From NCBI GenBank assembly GCA_963764165.1, contig CAVXRD010000002.1, positions 832,001 through 896,000 on the forward strand: 64,000 bases of DNA. Reading direction: 5' to 3'. The translations under genes were made by a program, and so were the position numbers. Every line of letters begins with the position of its first letter. Position 1 is the first letter of the stretch. This document shows, piece after piece, positions 59,005 to 64,000 of the stretch. The notes under the pieces were generated by a model, which did not search any database, was not told the DNA's origin, and saw nothing but the letters and a program-made list of their open reading frames with translations. Source of the stretch: an uncultured Verrucomicrobiae bacterium. GTDB lineage: Bacteria; Verrucomicrobiota; Verrucomicrobiia; Limisphaerales; Palsa-1400.

Positions 59005-61179
59005 ATGAAACACAAATTGCTTAAGCTACATGGAAACTTCGTCGTTGCCGCACTCTTGCTGTGGGCACTCGCCTTTCAAACCGCCTCCGGGCAGGTCCTG
59101 CCGCCCTCAACGCAGCCTTACGGATTCAGCTACTCCGATTGGGCGGCGCGATGGTGGCAATGGACGCTGGAACAGTCCACTAACCACATGAATCTAGTCA
59201 GCGAACCCGTGTCCGGGCCAGTCCGGTTTCTGGCCGGGGCGGCGGGCACCGAAACGGTGACCAATAGCGTGACTGTTCCGGCCGGCACGTCCCTGTTTTT
59301 CCCGATCCTCAGCATCTGGGTCGATAACTCGGGCTGCCCGGATTTTTCGAGCAACACCCTTGCGGAATTGCAGGCGCAAGCGGATGGCGAATGGAGTTCC
59401 GTGACCGTTACGACCTGCATTATCGATGGCGTTCCTGTCAGCGGCCTCGACGACCCGCAGACCAGCGATTACTTCGTCCAAGCCACCCCGTTCAGTTACA
59501 CCACGGCCGCGACTAACAGCGTTGTCAACAGCATCTACGGCGAACCATGCTTGCCCGCGGGAACGACCATTGATCCCGCGGTGGCCGACGGTGTGTTTCT
59601 AATGCTATCGCCATTGGGGCAAGGGACGCACACTGTTGAGTTCATCGGCGCCGCCGGGCCGACCAATGCGCCGTTCGTGGCCCTTGACCTGACTTATGAA
59701 ATCACCGTGCCGTCCCCCGCCGGAGTTTTTCCTCCAGGCGGCACGCCATTTGGCAAAAGCTATGCGGATTGGGCGGCGGCTTGGTGGGAGTGGACCCTTT
59801 CGCAATCCACCAACCAGATTCAATCGGTGAGCACCCCTGTGGCGGGCGTTGCATTTCTCGCCGGCGCCGCCAATAGCGACACCGAGACACGCAACATCAC
59901 CGTCTCCTCCGGCGACGCGTTATTCTTTCCGATTCTAAGCGCATGGGTCGACAACTCCGGCTGCCCCACCTTCACGACGAACTCCCTGGAGGAATTGCAG
60001 GCGGAAGCGGATGGAGATTGGAGCGCCGTGACGGTGACCACTTGCACGGTTGACGGCGTGCCCGTCAGCGGATTGGGTGACCCCCAAACGAGCGGTTACT
60101 TCACCCAAGCTGCTCCGTTCACGTATACGACGGCATTGAGCAACAGCGTGGTGAATGACATTTACGGCGAACCTTGCATTCCCGGCGGCACGACGATCGG
60201 GCCTGCGGTAGCCGACGGCGTTTTTATGATGCTGGCGCCGCTGGCGCCCGGACAGCACACGATTGAATTCGTGGGGATCGTCGGCCCGACGAATGCGCCT
60301 TATCTTCTCGAAGATCTAACATACCAGATCACGGTGGTGCCGGACACAGGCGTGTATTCGGCGCGATCCTTGCCCGCCGGCAAGAGCTACGCGGATTGGT
60401 CCGCGGCCTGGTGGCAATGGACCCTTTCCCAGTCCACCAACCAGACAGCATGGGTGAGCAGTCCCATGGCAGGTTCTGTTGCGTTTCTGGCCGGCGCGGC
60501 TGGCACCGACACTGAAACTCGCGACGTCACCATTCCTGCCGGCGTCTCGTTGTTCTTCCCCATCTTGAGCATTTGGGTTGATAATTCCGGCTGTCCCGAT
60601 TTCACCACCAACACACTGGATCAACTGGAGGCGGAAGCCCAGGAGGACTGGAGCGGCGTAACCGAGACTGCCTGCACGATTGATGGAGTGCCCGTTCCAG
60701 GCTTGGAGAATCCTCAATATTCGCCTTACCTGACGCAGTCCCTGCCCTTCAGTTACACGACCGCCCTCACGAACAGCGTGCTCGGCCCCGTGTATGGAGA
60801 GCCTTGCATTCCCGGCAGCACGACCATCGGCCCGGCAGTGGCGGAAGGCGTCTATCTCATGGTGCCACCCATGACAGCGGGCAATCATACAATTAACTTC
60901 ACCGGCATCGTCGGCCCCGCCACCGCTCCTTACCTTGCCGTAAATCTAACTTATAACATCGCTGCGCAGCCACCCGCATTGAGCATTTCAACGCTAGGTT
61001 CTGGCGTCGAGCTTTCGTGGCCGCAGTCGCAGAGCAGCTACATTGTTGAAACGGCGACGAATCTAGCTTCACCGGCCTGGTCGCCCTTTGGCGCGCCTGT
61101 CCTGGCATCGAACGGGGTCCTGCAAGTGACTGTTCCCACCGGCAGCGGAAGCCAATACTTTCGTCTGCGTGGGCAATAA
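59005..61179 (+). CDS. Secreted protein with three tandem about 205-aa uncharacterised domains
   Basis: Three copies of SYxDWxAxWWxWTLxQSTN..FLAG..LFFPILSxWVDNSGCP; signal peptide. Confidence 0.8.
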   Translation: MKHKLLKLHGNFVVAALLLWALAFQTASGQVLPPSTQPYGFSYSDWAARWWQWTLEQSTNHMNLVSEPVSGPVRFLAGAAGTETVTNSVTVPAGTSLFFPILSIWVDNSGCPDFSSNTLAELQAQADGEWSSVTVTTCIIDGVPVSGLDDPQTSDYFVQATPFSYTTAATNSVVNSIYGEPCLPAGTTIDPAVADGVFLMLSPLGQGTHTVEFIGAAGPTNAPFVALDLTYEITVPSPAGVFPPGGTPFGKSYADWAAAWWEWTLSQSTNQIQSVSTPVAGVAFLAGAANSDTETRNITVSSGDALFFPILSAWVDNSGCPTFTTNSLEELQAEADGDWSAVTVTTCTVDGVPVSGLGDPQTSGYFTQAAPFTYTTALSNSVVNDIYGEPCIPGGTTIGPAVADGVFMMLAPLAPGQHTIEFVGIVGPTNAPYLLEDLTYQITVVPDTGVYSARSLPAGKSYADWSAAWWQWTLSQSTNQTAWVSSPMAGSVAFLAGAAGTDTETRDVTIPAGVSLFFPILSIWVDNSGCPDFTTNTLDQLEAEAQEDWSGVTETACTIDGVPVPGLENPQYSPYLTQSLPFSYTTALTNSVLGPVYGEPCIPGSTTIGPAVAEGVYLMVPPMTAGNHTINFTGIVGPATAPYLAVNLTYNIAAQPPALSISTLGSGVELSWPQSQSSYIVETATNLASPAWSPFGAPVLASNGVLQVTVPTGSGSQYFRLRGQ

Positions 61180-61353
61180 TGAAAATCCAATGGCACCTCG
61201 GGCAACCGGGGTGCCTCTTCTGCTCGAACGGCGGCGGTTGCCCGATTTATGCGCCAGAAGGGATGGCTTCCGCCGCGCTGCGTGCCGGATGACATCGAAA
61301 TGGCGAGCAGATTTGCCTAGCCCATTGGCGATTTTTTTCATAGTTTTGCCGCC

Positions 61354-61914
61354 TTGAGCGACGTTACACGAATCCTCGAATCCATCGAGGGCGGCAACCT
61401 CCATGCGGCGGACGAACTGTTGCCGGTGGTCTATGAAGAGTTGCGCCAGCTGGCGGCGAAAAAAATGGCTCGAGAATCTCCCTGCCAAACCTTGCAAGCC
61501 ACGGCGCTGGTTCATGAGGCATGGCTGCGCTTGACAGGCGACAGGGCGCCGAAATTTTCCAACCGGACTCATTTTTTTGCGGCGGCCGCTGAAGCCATGC
61601 GCCGAATTCTCATTGATAAAGCCAGGAGCAAACGCGCCGTCCGCCATGGCGGGGGCCAGGTTCGCACTGCGTTTGATGAAAAGCAGCTGGCCGCAGAGGA
61701 AAGCGCCGAGGACGAAATGTTTGCCGTCCATGAGGCGCTGGACCGATTGACTGCGGAGAACCCGCGCGAAGCCGAATTGGTAAAGCTGCGTTATTTCGTC
61801 GGCATGACGCTGGGGGAAGCTGCGGAGGCGCTCGGAATTTCCGAGCGCACAGCGGACAATGATTGGGCTCACGCTCGCGCATGGCTCCATTGCGAAATCA
61901 AGGGCAGCCGATGA
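61354..61914 (+). CDS. ECF sigma factor of the kinase-associated type
   Basis: LLPVVYEELRQLA, TLQATALVHEAWLRL, HFFAAAAEAMRRILID, W..ARAWL. Confidence 0.92.
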   Translation: MSDVTRILESIEGGNLHAADELLPVVYEELRQLAAKKMARESPCQTLQATALVHEAWLRLTGDRAPKFSNRTHFFAAAAEAMRRILIDKARSKRAVRHGGGQVRTAFDEKQLAAEESAEDEMFAVHEALDRLTAENPREAELVKLRYFVGMTLGEAAEALGISERTADNDWAHARAWLHCEIKGSR

Positions 61915-62017
61915 CTTCTTGCGCCCTTCGTTAAAATGGCTGGCGGCACACCGGAGATGCACCGCCCCCGCATGAACATGTTATTTATTTGGCGCGGGCG
62001 CTTGGTATAATTGCGTA

Positions 62018-64000
62018 ATGCCTCGTCGCGTTTTCTCGTTATCTTTGGGCTTTGTGCTGGCTCTGTTCGGCTGCCAGATCGCCCGGGCGGATGCGATGCT
62101 GGAGGTGTTCCAACTGACTTGGAACCAGATTTCGCAGAAGATGCCGGAGATCGCCGAGGCGGGTTACGACAGCCTTTGGGTGCCTAATCCGGCCAAGGGC
62201 AACAGCGGCGCATCTTCCGTTGGCTACGATGTGTTCGACCCGTTCGACCTGGGCAGCGTCAACCAGCAAGGCACCATCGCGACGATGTACGGCACGGAGG
62301 CCGAATTGCTTCAAATGGTGCAGACGGCCCATCGTTTCGGCATTCGCGTTTACTTCGATAATGTGATGAATCATCGGGCGTTCACCGTGCCCGGTTATCC
62401 TGGCTCGGGCACGCCGACCAACTATTACCCCGGGCTCGTCCCGGCGGATTTTCATTTTCAAACCGTTTCCGGCGGATACGAAAATTGGCCGGCGGTCAGC
62501 GAGTGGTGCAATGTGCAAAACGTCGAGAATCAGCCGTTGCTCGGGCTCTGCGACCTGGCCAACGAGCCCGGTTCAATGAATTGGAATTTCGGCCCCAACC
62601 TCGGCGATACGACGAACAAGCCCGTGTTCATTCGCTTCCCGGGACGGCCGGATTTATATATGGACACGAACGGGCCGTTTCTCGGCACCGGATGGTCGGC
62701 GGCGGGGTGGCGTCCTTTTGACGGCAACGGGCAGCCGGTGGCGGAGGATGTTTCGCTGTATCTTTGCCGCGCGGTCGCGTGGACGCTTTACACGACGAAA
62801 TGCGATGGCTTTCGTCTTGACGCAGTGAAACACGTCCCGGTCGATTTTTTCGGCGGCGAGACCGGCCAGACGGATGACCCGCAATTTCTCGGTTACACTG
62901 GCGCAATTCAGGCGATGTTCGATTACGTCCACGGTTACGGCAGCAACGTCACCGGCAACGGCTACGTCGAGACGGATGGCAATCGCAACAGCCTGTTCAA
63001 CACCGAAGCGCCGCGCAACGACGCCATGATCTTCGGCGAATACGAGCCGTCCGCCCTCGCGGCGGGCGAGGACTTCAACGACTATCTGCAATCGGGCATG
63101 CGGCTGCTAAACTTCCCACTTTACAGTCAAATGAACAGCGTTTTCGGCGGTTCCTCAATGTCCGGCATGGACGGGCGCGATTTCACGCCGCCGGGCGGAA
63201 ACTGCGACGCGAACGGGAACTTCAGCGCGGCGCAGGCGGTGAATCTGCCGCAATGCCAGGACAGCGGCAGTTGCTGCCCTGCTAATCAGCCGTTGGAGGA
63301 TGCCTACTTTTTCATGCACGAGGGCATGCCGATGGTTTACACGGATGGCTTTAATCACAACACGAACGGCGGCACGCCGATTGTGTCGTATGCGAATTTC
63401 CTCGGCGAATTTGGCGACAACACGATTCCCGATACGATGCATGTCCACAATCAGCTTTCCTGCGGCGGCACATGGTCGCGCTGGAGCGACCAGAATATTG
63501 TGCTGTTCGAGCGTTACGATTATCGCGAGGGCAACTCGAGCCAGCCGCAAACCCAGGACGTCGCGCTCTTTGGCATGAATGACAAGACGAATTATCCCGG
63601 CGATATTTCGTTTGACGACGGCATCAATCGTCCGACCGACGGCTTCTATCAAAATCCATCCAACACCACTTCCACCGCAGTTTCAAATTCGCGCGGTTTG
63701 GGGATCGTGGTGGGTTTTCCTCCGGGCACGATTCTGGCGCAGCTTGCCAGCGCATCGCCAACGGGAGGCCGCGCGTATCAGAAACTGCTCGTGCACGGGG
63801 CGACCACGAATTATCAGACCGCATTAAATTCTGCCAGCGTGGCGAATCCTGCCCAGCGCTTAATCTATATTGGGGGCCAAACACCCGCTCCGGGAGGCGG
63901 CGCAATTGAACTCACAATACCGAGCGATTCGTGGGTCATGTATGGCTTGCAATGGCCGGAGCCAAGCCGCGCAGCGCTGACGGACGCAATCGAGTTTCGC
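62018..64000 (+). CDS. Secreted alpha-amylase-family (GH13-like) protein, partial
   Basis: Not in the ORF track. My translation: signal peptide, IAEAGYDSLWVP, VGYDVFDPFDLG, YFDNVMNH, DGFRLDAVKH, IFGEY. Confidence 0.88.
   Translation, partial: MPRRVFSLSLGFVLALFGCQIARADAMLEVFQLTWNQISQKMPEIAEAGYDSLWVPNPAKGNSGASSVGYDVFDPFDLGSVNQQGTIATMYGTEAELLQMVQTAHRFGIRVYFDNVMNHRAFTVPGYPGSGTPTNYYPGLVPADFHFQTVSGGYENWPAVSEWCNVQNVENQPLLGLCDLANEPGSMNWNFGPNLGDTTNKPVFIRFPGRPDLYMDTNGPFLGTGWSAAGWRPFDGNGQPVAEDVSLYLCRAVAWTLYTTKCDGFRLDAVKHVPVDFFGGETGQTDDPQFLGYTGAIQAMFDYVHGYGSNVTGNGYVETDGNRNSLFNTEAPRNDAMIFGEYEPSALAAGEDFNDYLQSGMRLLNFPLYSQMNSVFGGSSMSGMDGRDFTPPGGNCDANGNFSAAQAVNLPQCQDSGSCCPANQPLEDAYFFMHEGMPMVYTDGFNHNTNGGTPIVSYANFLGEFGDNTIPDTMHVHNQLSCGGTWSRWSDQNIVLFERYDYREGNSSQPQTQDVALFGMNDKTNYPGDISFDDGINRPTDGFYQNPSNTTSTAVSNSRGLGIVVGFPPGTILAQLASASPTGGRAYQKLLVHGATTNYQTALNSASVANPAQRLIYIGGQTPAPGGGAIELTIPSDSWVMYGLQWPEPSRAALTDAIEFR

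Overview
GC-rich bacterial chromosome segment. The gene families (ECF sigma factors of the Planctomycetes/Verrucomicrobia type, TPR Ser/Thr kinase, secreted Ig/LamG/NHL proteins with a shared C-terminal motif) suggest a Verrucomicrobiota lineage (inference). Layout: (1) 1-5.9 kb housekeeping/metabolic genes (lepB, FAD oxidoreductase, CII-like regulator, ggt, dicarboxylate/amino-acid symporter). (2) 6.0-11.4 kb two near-identical copies of an unusual 1.7-kb insertion element with no terminal inverted repeats or target duplication. Its 533-aa protein carries Rep_trans/phage-CRI-like rolling-circle initiator motifs, and the copies sit inside short REP-like repeats, with a solo end nearby. (3) 13-31.4 kb two-component genes, a TonB receptor-YfiR-kinase module, large secreted repeat proteins, rnd and ppk2. 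(4) About 31.46-47.6 kb a decaying integrative mobilisable island starting at a tRNA-Gly 3' fragment. It carries a tyrosine integrase that lacks its catalytic Tyr and is fused to a PEGA/TPR protein, two DUF3800 genes (one facing a candidate convergent sRNA), ardC, radC, a primase, a Replic_Relax relaxase, a coupling ATPase, an orphan attC cassette followed by a 50-aa (PIK)n peptide, and about 800 bp of densely base-paired non-coding DNA. (5) 47.7-64 kb secreted beta-propellers, ECF/anti-sigma, PhzF, a Ser/Thr kinase, a triple-repeat secreted protein, a second ECF and a partial GH13 gene. No CRISPR array, rRNA or complete tRNA was seen. All family assignments are from motif recognition by eye, not database searches.
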